Assembly (NCBI GenBank): GCA_963755285.1
Contig: CAVWJB010000001.1
Location: 167,333-231,332 of the forward strand
DNA from: an uncultured Chloroflexia bacterium
GTDB taxonomy: Bacteria > Chloroflexota > Limnocylindria > Limnocylindrales > CSP1-4
Direction of reading: 5' to 3'
Length of the DNA: 64,000 nucleotides
Positions 47,721 to 55,559 of this stretch are shown here, piece by piece. A model generated the notes under the pieces. It did no database searches and was not told the DNA's origin. It saw only the letters and a program-made list of their open reading frames with translations. Positions within the stretch are counted from its first letter, which is position 1, and every line of letters starts with the position of its first letter. A program made the translations under genes and the position numbers.

Positions 47721-49082
47721 ATGCCGATCCTTGCCGTCCGCCGCTGGGCGGACCTGCCAACGGCCGAGCGGGAGCGGCTGCTCGCCCGGTCGACGGCGGC
47801 GGTGTTCGAGCCGTCGCTCGTCGCCTCGATCGAGGCGATCTTCGCCGACGTCCGATCGCGCGGCGACGCCGCCGTCGTCGACGCCACCGAACGGTTCGAC
47901 GGGGTCCGCCTGACTCCCGATCGACTGGCCGTGGACCCGGACGAGATCGAGGCGGCCCATGCCGGGATCGCGCCCTCGCTGCTGGCCGGGATCCGCGAGG
48001 CGATCGCCAACAGCCGCCGGTTCAACGAGACGCAGCTCGCCGAGACGGCGTCCGATTGGCAGCGCGAGGTCCGGCCGGGCTTCCTCGTCGGCGAGCGATT
48101 CGGGCCGATCCCGAGCGCCGGCCTGTTCGTCCCGACCGGCAAGGCCAGCTATCCGTCCGTCCTGTGCCAGATCGGGACCCCGGCGGTGGTCGCCCGCGTC
48201 CCGACCATTGTCGTCGTCGTGCCGCCGATCCCCGGCTCGCCTGACGGGGCGGTGGATCCGGCGACCCTGGCCGTGGCTCGCGAGCTGGGCATCGACCGGC
48301 TGTTCCGGGCGAACGGACCGGCGGCGATCGCCGCGCTCACGTTCGGGACCGAGTCGGTGCCCAAGGTCCTGAAGGTCGTCGGTCCGGGTTCGCCCGCCGT
48401 CACGGCGGCCCAGGTGCTCGCCCAGCGCTACGGCACGGCCACCCAGATGCTGTGCGGCCCGTCGGAGAGCCTGCTCATCGCCGACGAGTCGGCCGACCCG
48501 TGGCGCCTGGCGATCGACCTGCTCAACGAGGCGGAGCACGGGGCCGATTCGGCCGCGACCCTGGTCACCGACTCGGACGCCCTCGCCGCGGCGGTCGAGG
48601 CGGCGGTCGCCGAGCAGATCGTCGGGCTGCCCGAGGCGCGTGCCGCCGCGGCCCGGATCGCCCTGTCCGACCTCGGCGGGGTCGTCCTGGTGGGTTCGAT
48701 CGACGAGGCCGTGGCATTCGCCAACGAGTACGCCGCCGAGCACGTCCAGATCGCGACCCGCGATCCGCTGGCGACGCTTCGCGGCCTGCGCTACGCCGGC
48801 GAGGTGCTCCTCGGCCAGGACACGCCGATCGGCGCCTCGAGCTACACGATCGGGATCCCGGCGACGCTCCCGACCGGTGGCTATGCCCGCCTGAACGGCG
48901 GGGTCACCGCCCGGACGTTCCTGACCTCGTCCTCGATCGCCCGGCTGAGTCCGGATGCCCTGGCCGGGCTGGCGTCACCGACCCTCGCCCTCGCCGATCA
49001 CGAGGGCTTCCCGGCCCACGCGAACGCCTTCCGGTTGCGTGGCCTGACCGACGCCGGGGACGGTGAAGGGACGCGGTCCTAG
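47721..49082 (+). CDS. histidinol dehydrogenase family protein (HisD paralogue)
   Basis: 453 aa with GLFVPTGKASYPS..VVGPGSPAV..NEAEHG..EYAAEHVQI.. typical of the HisD fold. Confidence 0.85.
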   Translation: MPILAVRRWADLPTAERERLLARSTAAVFEPSLVASIEAIFADVRSRGDAAVVDATERFDGVRLTPDRLAVDPDEIEAAHAGIAPSLLAGIREAIANSRRFNETQLAETASDWQREVRPGFLVGERFGPIPSAGLFVPTGKASYPSVLCQIGTPAVVARVPTIVVVVPPIPGSPDGAVDPATLAVARELGIDRLFRANGPAAIAALTFGTESVPKVLKVVGPGSPAVTAAQVLAQRYGTATQMLCGPSESLLIADESADPWRLAIDLLNEAEHGADSAATLVTDSDALAAAVEAAVAEQIVGLPEARAAAARIALSDLGGVVLVGSIDEAVAFANEYAAEHVQIATRDPLATLRGLRYAGEVLLGQDTPIGASSYTIGIPATLPTGGYARLNGGVTARTFLTSSSIARLSPDALAGLASPTLALADHEGFPAHANAFRLRGLTDAGDGEGTRS

Positions 49083-49785
49083 GGTCGCAGACCCGCCAGC
49101 AGCTGCTCGCCCAGGCGGCTCTCGCCGAGCGACGAGACGGACACGATCGTGTCGAGGCCGGGCAGCCGGACGTGGTAGGTGAGGATCCCGCCGTCGCAGC
49201 GGCCGATGTAGGCGGTCCGGCCGGCGATCGTCGCCTGGGCGTGGCCGGTGACCCCGCCGGCCTGCGAGCAGGCGCCCTCGTCGAAGCTGTCGCGCCACGA
49301 TCGGAAGAACCCATCGTCGAGGATGCCGGGCCGGACGACGATGACCGAGGCGTAGGCAAACGCGTCCGAGGCCGGGTCCACGACGATGGCCTGGGCCATC
49401 CGATCGAGCGTCTCGACGAGGCCCGGATCGTCCGCTCCGCTCGGATCGGACACGGCGACCACCGGCAGCCCCCCGACCGTCGCCGGGAGGAGCTCGAGCA
49501 GGGTCGGGTCGATCGGGACGGTGGCACCCGCCTCGCCCGGAGCCGGGCGCGTCGGATGGCGCTGGCCCGCCGGAACCCGCGCTGGGTCCTGCCGACGCGG
49601 ACGACGTCGGGCCGGGCGGCGCCGGGCTGGCCGCCCCGGCGCTGGTCCTGGGTCGGGTTCGCCGACGCCCCCGGCGAGGTCGTGCCGGATCCGCCGCAGG
49701 CCGCGACGACGAGGACTGCGACCACGAGCGCCGGGCCGACCGCGGCGGGAGCTCGAAGCCGCGCGATCCGACCGGCGGGCGGCAC
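49079..49785 (-). pseudogene. lipoprotein, unknown function, apparently broken by two indels (~49645, ~49535)
   Basis: The GTG at 49785 overlaps the upstream stop (TAGTG). The signal/lipobox reads PALVVAVLVVAACGGSG. A plausible S/P/A/G linker appears only in a second frame. The folded part (TVPIDPTLLELLPATVGGLPVVAVSDPSG..) is in ORF 49079..49462. Confidence 0.5.
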
Positions 49786-50213
49786 TACCCCGGGATCCGC
49801 CCCGGATCGGCGTCGGGACGGACGAAGGCCGACTCGTAGAACTGGATCGGGTTGCCCTCCGGATCCCAGAAGAAGCAGAACCGGCCCCATTTCGTCGCGA
49901 CGACGTCCTCGTGGCGGACCTCGGCGCCGTCGAGCCGGCGGACGGCCAGCTCGAGGTTGTCGACGATCACCTCCGGCACGACCCCGCCCGTCCGGTAATC
50001 CTTGGGTTCGGTGCTCGCGATCCCGCCGGCGATCAGGGCCAGGCTCGTGCCCTGGGCGGCATCGAACCGGACGAACGACGCGGTTCGGTAGAGCAGGCGC
50101 AGGCCGATGACGTCGCGATAGAACGCCAGCTCTCGATCGATGTCGGCGACGAAGATCAGGGCGCCACGGACCTTCGAGACGCTGCCCAGCGCCTGGATCA
50201 TCGACATCGACAT
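49785..50213 (-). CDS. VOC / glyoxalase-family protein
   Basis: MSMSMIQALGSVSKVRGALIFVADIDRELAFYRDVIGLRLL..CFFWDPEGNPIQFYE. GGGAGAG precedes the ATG cluster. Confidence 0.85.
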   Translation of the reverse strand: MSMSMIQALGSVSKVRGALIFVADIDRELAFYRDVIGLRLLYRTASFVRFDAAQGTSLALIAGGIASTEPKDYRTGGVVPEVIVDNLELAVRRLDGAEVRHEDVVATKWGRFCFFWDPEGNPIQFYESAFVRPDADPGRIPG

Positions 50214-50223
50214 CTCTCCCGTC

Positions 50224-50997
50224 CTAGACCAGCTCGCGGCGCACGACCGGGAAGCGGTCGTCGTCGACCGCCAGCTGGAACCCGGCCGCCAACCAGAAGT
50301 CCGACGTCGCGCCGCTGGTCGCGTCGGGTCGAGCACCGATCTCAGGGTACGCCTCGACGGCCGCGAAGCCGCGACCCGCCAGATCGTCGCAGACCGCCTC
50401 GACGAGCCGCCGGGCATGGCCGGCGCCGCGCGCCGCGGGGGTCGTCGCGATGCAGGTGATCACGGCCGGCAACGGCGCGTCGGGCAGCTGCGGGTAGAGC
50501 CCGCGCAGGTGCAGCGCGCGCGGGTATGCCGAGAGCGGGCCGAACTGGACGTAGGCCACGGCCGTGTCGTCGGCCAGGGCGACCTTGGCGTAGGTCCCGA
50601 ACACGGCCAGTCCGCGGACGAGCAGACCGAGCTTGCGCGGGCCGCCCGCACCGGCGACCGGTCGGGTCGGTCGAGCTGGCGCGAACGGGTTGTCGGCAAG
50701 CCGGTCGTCATCGGACGCCACGAAGGGATTCGCGGCCGGCCCGCCCGATCGGGCCGGAGCGAACGGATTCGCCTGGGGTTCGTCGTCGAAGCTCCCGAAC
50801 GGGTTCGGTTGCCGGCCGGGTGACGGGGCCTGCGCCGTGGACCCCGGGTCGAGCCAGTTCAGCCGGGCGGCCTTCGAACCGCGCGCGGCATCCTCCCAGT
50901 AGTCGCAGGTTCGGTGGTCGAACCCGGGATCGGCGCACGGTGGGATCAGGCGGAAGGTTGATTCGTCGGTCACGTCGACGATCCGGATCTCGGCCAC
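50224..50997 (-). CDS. GNAT-like acetyltransferase with an internal disordered insert carrying four NPF motifs
   Basis: The N-terminal part is MAEIRIVDVTDESTFRLIPPCADPGFDHRTCDYWED. The C-terminal part is ITCIATTPAARGAGHARRLVEAVCDDLAGRGFAAVEAYP. The insert is NPFGSFDDE..ANPFAPAR..ANPFVASDDD..DNPFAPAR. Confidence 0.7.
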   Translation of the reverse strand: MAEIRIVDVTDESTFRLIPPCADPGFDHRTCDYWEDAARGSKAARLNWLDPGSTAQAPSPGRQPNPFGSFDDEPQANPFAPARSGGPAANPFVASDDDRLADNPFAPARPTRPVAGAGGPRKLGLLVRGLAVFGTYAKVALADDTAVAYVQFGPLSAYPRALHLRGLYPQLPDAPLPAVITCIATTPAARGAGHARRLVEAVCDDLAGRGFAAVEAYPEIGARPDATSGATSDFWLAAGFQLAVDDDRFPVVRRELV

Positions 50998-51006
50998 GGC
51001 CGGAGT

Positions 51007-52575
51007 CTACGACTCGGCGAGACCGGCGAGGGCTCCGCTGCGGACGAGCGCTACCGCCGCGGCGATGTCCGGGCCGGGCTCCCGGTCGGCGACCAGCCGC
51101 GGGATGACCGCGCGGACCGCCCGCTGCGCGGCGGCGACCCCGGCACCGGGCGCCGTGTCCGGCAGCAGCTCGAGCCGCGCATCGAGCGCCTGGGTTCCGA
51201 CGAGCAGCTCGATCGCCACGATCGTCTCGACGTTCTCGACGACCGACCGTGCGTGCCGGGCCGAGATCGAGCCCATCGACACGTGGTCCTCCTGGTTGGC
51301 GCTCGTCGGGATCGAGTCGACCGACGCCGGATGGGCCAGGACCTTGTTCTCGGAGACGAGCGCGGCCGCCGTGTACTGGTGGATCATCATCCCCGAGTCG
51401 AGACCCGACGAGGCCGCCAGGAACGCCGGCAGACCGCCGTTCAGCCGGGCGTCGACGAGCTGGGCGGTCCGGCGCTCCGAGATCGAGCCGAGCTCGGCCA
51501 CGGCGATCTTGGCGAAGTCGAGCGCGAACGCGATCGGCTCGCCGTGGAAGTTGCCACCGCTGATCACGAGGCCACCGCCGGTAGCCACCGCATCGGCCGG
51601 GGCGACCCCACCCGCGGGGAAGATCAGCGGGTTGTCGGTGGCGCTGTTGAGCTCGATGTCGAGGACCCGGCGGAGATGATCGAGCGTGTCCCGGACGGCA
51701 CCATGGACCTGGGGCACGCAGCGCAGCGAGTACGGGTCCTGGACCTTGTGCGCGGTGGCGTGGTGGCTGGCCTGGATCGTCGAGCCGCGCAGGAGATGGC
51801 GGAGCTCGGCCGCCACCGCCACCTGGCCGGGGTGGGGCCGGGCCAGCTGATAGGCGGCCGAGAAGGCGACGTCGGTGCCGAGCAGCGCCTCGACGCTGAT
51901 CGCCGCCGCCACGCTCGCCGTTCGGATCAGTCGATCGGCATCGGCCAGGACGAGCGCCCCGATCGCGCTCATCATCTGGGTGCCGTTGAGCAGCGCCAGC
52001 CCTTCCTTCGCCTCGAGCCGGAGGGGCGCGAGCCCGACCGCGCCGAGAGCCTCCTGGGCGGGCATCCGCCGGCCGTTCAGCTCGACCTCGCCCCGCCCGA
52101 TCAACGGCAGCGCGAGGTGGGCAAGTGGGGCGAGATCCCCCGACGCGCCGAGCGATCCCTGCTCCGGGACGACCGGGTGGATGCCCGCCGCCAGGAACGC
52201 GAGCAGCCGCTCGACGACGAGCGGCCGGCACCCGCTGTGCCCGAGCGCGAGCGTGTTGGCCCGAAGGAGGAGCATCGCCCGGACGACCTCGATCGGGAAG
52301 GCCGGTCCGACCCCCGCGGCATGGCTCATCAGGAGGTTCTCCTGGAGCCGTCCCGTGTCCTCGGGCCGGATCGACACGCTGGCCAGGTCGCCGAATCCGG
52401 TCGTCACCCCGTAGGCAACCGCGCCGCCGGCGACCAGGGCCTCGACGACCTCACGGGCTTCGTCCATCCGGGCGCGTGCATCCGGGTCGAGCTCGGCCGT
52501 GCCGCCGTGGCGGGCGACCGCCTCGACGTCGGCGATCGTCAGGGCCGCCCCGGTCAGGACCACGGTACTGGTCAC
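51007..52575 (-). CDS. hutH: histidine ammonia-lyase
   Basis: [17 protein letters not shown] (MIO-forming ASG) in an intact 522-aa ORF. Confidence 0.95.
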   Translation of the reverse strand: MTSTVVLTGAALTIADVEAVARHGGTAELDPDARARMDEAREVVEALVAGGAVAYGVTTGFGDLASVSIRPEDTGRLQENLLMSHAAGVGPAFPIEVVRAMLLLRANTLALGHSGCRPLVVERLLAFLAAGIHPVVPEQGSLGASGDLAPLAHLALPLIGRGEVELNGRRMPAQEALGAVGLAPLRLEAKEGLALLNGTQMMSAIGALVLADADRLIRTASVAAAISVEALLGTDVAFSAAYQLARPHPGQVAVAAELRHLLRGSTIQASHHATAHKVQDPYSLRCVPQVHGAVRDTLDHLRRVLDIELNSATDNPLIFPAGGVAPADAVATGGGLVISGGNFHGEPIAFALDFAKIAVAELGSISERRTAQLVDARLNGGLPAFLAASSGLDSGMMIHQYTAAALVSENKVLAHPASVDSIPTSANQEDHVSMGSISARHARSVVENVETIVAIELLVGTQALDARLELLPDTAPGAGVAAAQRAVRAVIPRLVADREPGPDIAAAVALVRSGALAGLAES

Positions 52576-52633
52576 GGCATCGAGGATAGTCGGCTATGCT
52601 GCCGGCCGTTCCACGTCCGCCGCGGAGCCGCCC

Positions 52634-53308
52634 GTGCTCGAGTTCGTCGACAAGATCGTCATCCCGTTCCTGGCCAATCTCTACGATGCCGTCGGCTACC
52701 TCGGGGTGTTCATTGCGATGACGATCGAGTCGGCGATGATCCCGCTCCCGTCGGAGCTGATCCTGCCGTTCGCCGGCTTCCTCGTCTCCGATCCGTCCCA
52801 TCTCGAGCCCCTGACCGGTCAGCCCTGGAACTACTGGATCGTGGTGATCGTGGCCACGGCCGGCAATACGACCGGCTCGCTGATCGCCTACGCGATCGGG
52901 GCCAAGGGCGGGCGACCGTTCCTCGAGCGGTACGGGAAGTACCTGCTGATCCGGCCGCACGACATCGAGCTGGCCGACCGGTTCTTCGCGCGGTGGGGCT
53001 CGCAGACGGTGTTCTTCAGCCGGCTCCTCCCGATCGTCCGAACGTTCATCAGCTTCCCGGCCGGGGTCGTCCGGATGAACCTCACCAAGTTCATCGTCTA
53101 TTCGACCGCCGGAGCGTTCATCTGGTCGATGCTGCTCGTCTACGCCGGGATGGTGCTCGGGGCGAACTGGACGCAGATCCGCGAGGCGCTCCAGCCGTTC
53201 GACCTGCTCATCGCGGTGGCGATCGTCGTCGCGGTCGCGCTGTTCGTCTGGTTCCACCTCGGCCGGCCGGGGATGCCGCGCCGGGCCGCGAAGCCGCCGC
53301 TCGGCTAG
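52634..53308 (+). CDS. DedA-family membrane protein
   Basis: GTG at 52634. YLGVFIAMTIESAMIPLPSELILPFAGFL..FFARWGSQTVFFSRLLPIVRTFISFPAG. Confidence 0.88.
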   Translation: MLEFVDKIVIPFLANLYDAVGYLGVFIAMTIESAMIPLPSELILPFAGFLVSDPSHLEPLTGQPWNYWIVVIVATAGNTTGSLIAYAIGAKGGRPFLERYGKYLLIRPHDIELADRFFARWGSQTVFFSRLLPIVRTFISFPAGVVRMNLTKFIVYSTAGAFIWSMLLVYAGMVLGANWTQIREALQPFDLLIAVAIVVAVALFVWFHLGRPGMPRRAAKPPLG

Positions 53309-54567
53309 CGCTCCTCCGGCGGGCGGACCGCCCGGAACGCCCGGTACAGGAGCAGGTCGTAGACGATCTTCAGGCCGCCGGCCAGGAAGAACGGGACGGC
53401 CGCCAGGGACGCACTCGCCACGAGCGGCGCCGACAGCGCCGGTGACAGCGCCGCGCCGGTCGTCCGGGCGATCCCGGTCACCCCGGCCGCCGCCGACCGC
53501 TCGTCCGGGTCGACCACCGCCATGACGTACGACTGCCGGGTCGGAACGTCCATCTGGCTCAGGCTGTAGCGGAGCAGCAGGACGAGGATGGCCAGGGGCA
53601 GGTTCGGCATCACCGGGACGAGGATCAGCAGGACGTTCGACGGGAGGTGGCTGAAGACCATCGTGTTCACGAGGCCGATCCGGCCGGCGATCCGGGCGGC
53701 CGACAGGCTCGATACGGCGGCCAGCAGGTTCGCACCGAAGAAGATCAGGCCGAGCAGACCGGGCTCCACCCCGTACTGGAGGTGGAACCAGTAGGCCATC
53801 AGGCTCTGCGGGACGAACCCGCCGGCGAACGCGTCGAGCGAGAACAGCGCCGACAGCTTGAGGACGATCCCCTTCGAGCGGCCGAGCCCGAGCCGGCGCC
53901 GGATCTCGCCCGGTCGCCATTCGCGCGGCGGCGCCTCGATCCGCGGGCCGACCCGGGCGAACAGGACCGCCATCACGAGACCGACCAGGGCGTAGCCGAC
54001 GACGATCGCCCGGTAGGCGTCCGCCGGAGCGACGCCCGAGCGGATGAGCGCGCCGCTGAGGAGCCCGGCACCGAGCGCCCCGGTGGCCGTCGCCACGTAG
54101 CCGGCCACGTTGTACCAGGCGAAGGTGGCCGTCCGGCGGGCGTCGCCGACGGCCTGGCTGAGGGCGGCCTGCTCGACCGCCAGGAACGGCCCGACCTCGT
54201 TGCCGGTCGGGCTCAGCACGCCGATCGCGCCGGTCACGATGAGCAGCGGCACCCAGCTCGTCAGGGCGAACACCACCCCGGCCGCGACCATCAGCAGCGA
54301 GCCGGCGACGAGCACCCGGCGCCGGCCGAGGCGGTCGGCGTTCGTCGTCAGCCACAGCGAGATCACGGTGTCGCCGACCAGGGTCAAGGTCAGGACGAGC
54401 CCGATCGCGATCGGGTCGAGCCCGATGGCGGCGAGGTAGAGGACGAGGACGACGGCGAGGAAGCCGTAGCCGAACATCCGCAGGACGCGGGTGGTGAACA
54501 GGAGCCGGCCATCGCGATCCAGGCCGCGCAGGCTGGCCACGAGGCCGGAATCGGCCGGATCGGTCAC
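53305..54567 (-). CDS. MFS transporter
   Basis: The GTG at 54567 overlaps the upstream stop as GTGA. There are 12 helices and a NADRLGRRR loop. Confidence 0.88.
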   Translation of the reverse strand: MTDPADSGLVASLRGLDRDGRLLFTTRVLRMFGYGFLAVVLVLYLAAIGLDPIAIGLVLTLTLVGDTVISLWLTTNADRLGRRRVLVAGSLLMVAAGVVFALTSWVPLLIVTGAIGVLSPTGNEVGPFLAVEQAALSQAVGDARRTATFAWYNVAGYVATATGALGAGLLSGALIRSGVAPADAYRAIVVGYALVGLVMAVLFARVGPRIEAPPREWRPGEIRRRLGLGRSKGIVLKLSALFSLDAFAGGFVPQSLMAYWFHLQYGVEPGLLGLIFFGANLLAAVSSLSAARIAGRIGLVNTMVFSHLPSNVLLILVPVMPNLPLAILVLLLRYSLSQMDVPTRQSYVMAVVDPDERSAAAGVTGIARTTGAALSPALSAPLVASASLAAVPFFLAGGLKIVYDLLLYRAFRAVRPPEER

Positions 54568-55259
54568 TCCCAGGGGACCGTCCCGGGCGGGTGGAGGTGC
54601 GCCGTGTCGTTGAGCAGGAGGATCCGGGCGTCCGCCGGTCCGACCCCGTGCTCGAAACGGAGGACGGTCAGGTTGGCCTGGTCCTGGCTGAACCGCCGCC
54701 GGTACTCGCGGACGGGGATCCCCGTCGCGACGCAGATCAACACCCGATTGATCGTGCTGTGGGCAACCGCCAGGATCGGCCGCTCGTGGGGCCGCCCGCT
54801 GAGCGCGTCGTGCCACGCGATCAGGTCGACCAGGAACGCCTCGGCCCGCACCGCCACGTCATTGCCCGACTCGCCGCCGGGACAGGCGATCGTCGCCGGG
54901 TCGTCCTCCCAACGGGCCCGCCCCGCCGCGTCCCGGGCATCGATCTCGTCGTAGGTCAGGCCCTCCCAGTCGCCGTAGTCCATCTCGGCCAGCCGCGGAT
55001 CGATCTCGACCTCGGGCGGGTCGGGGATCTCGGCTCGAAGGATGGCCGCCGTCTCCCGCGCCCGGCTGAGCGGGCTGGCCAGGACCCGGGCGAACGGCAC
55101 CGCGCCGAGCCGTCGACCGAGCGCAGCCGCCTGCTCGCGACCGGCGTCCGACAGCCCCACGTCGATCCGCTGGCCGAGATGCTGTTCCGGATTCGAGCGT
55201 GGCGTCAGCCCGTGGCGGGAGAGGACGAGCGTGAGCATCGGCCCGAGTCTATCTGCCAC
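54564..55259 (-). CDS. histidine phosphatase (PGM/CobC-like) family protein
   Basis: LVLSRHGLT (RHG motif) ..LASPLSRARETA.. HS. Confidence 0.88.
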   Translation of the reverse strand: MADRLGPMLTLVLSRHGLTPRSNPEQHLGQRIDVGLSDAGREQAAALGRRLGAVPFARVLASPLSRARETAAILRAEIPDPPEVEIDPRLAEMDYGDWEGLTYDEIDARDAAGRARWEDDPATIACPGGESGNDVAVRAEAFLVDLIAWHDALSGRPHERPILAVAHSTINRVLICVATGIPVREYRRRFSQDQANLTVLRFEHGVGPADARILLLNDTAHLHPPGTVPWE

Positions 55260-55288
55260 AATGCCGTCGGAGGTCGGCCAGTCGAGTC

Positions 55289-55507
55289 ATGAGCGATCCA
55301 CATGCCAGCGATCCGCCGATGGTCGGAGAGCCTCACGGGCTCGGCGATCATGGTGAGACCCACGGCCACGACGACCACGCTCACGGGGACGAGACGCTCG
55401 GACCCGTCGACTGGCCGGCCTGGGGCGCCGGGGTCCTCGGGGTGGTCGCCGGACTCGTGGTCGCCTGGGCGTTCATCCTGTCCAACGTGGCCGCGCCCTC
55501 GGGCTGA
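55289..55507 (+). CDS. 72-aa His/Asp-rich N-terminus plus single TM helix
   Basis: MSDPHASDPPMVGEPHGLGDHGETHGHDDHAHGDETLGPVDWPAWGAGVLGVVAGLVVAWAFILSNV. GC3 is high. Confidence 0.5.
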   Translation: MSDPHASDPPMVGEPHGLGDHGETHGHDDHAHGDETLGPVDWPAWGAGVLGVVAGLVVAWAFILSNVAAPSG

Positions 55508-55559
55508 AGCGGCGTCGAGCCCGTCGCAGGGCTGAGCCGAGGTCGGCCGCCGACCGGTC

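Noticed and set aside
46097-48142. 681-aa minus-strand ORF, and also 51253..53445 and 52451..54355
   Set aside because: These are alternative frames of hutU/HisD-like, hutH/DedA and the MFS genes. They have no motifs and are out-competed by clearly homologous frames.
22400-49700. Programmed ribosomal frameshifting as an explanation for the broken genes
   Set aside because: There are no slippery heptamers or downstream pseudoknots at the shift sites. The shifts go in both directions, occur in unrelated housekeeping genes, and number up to six in one gene.
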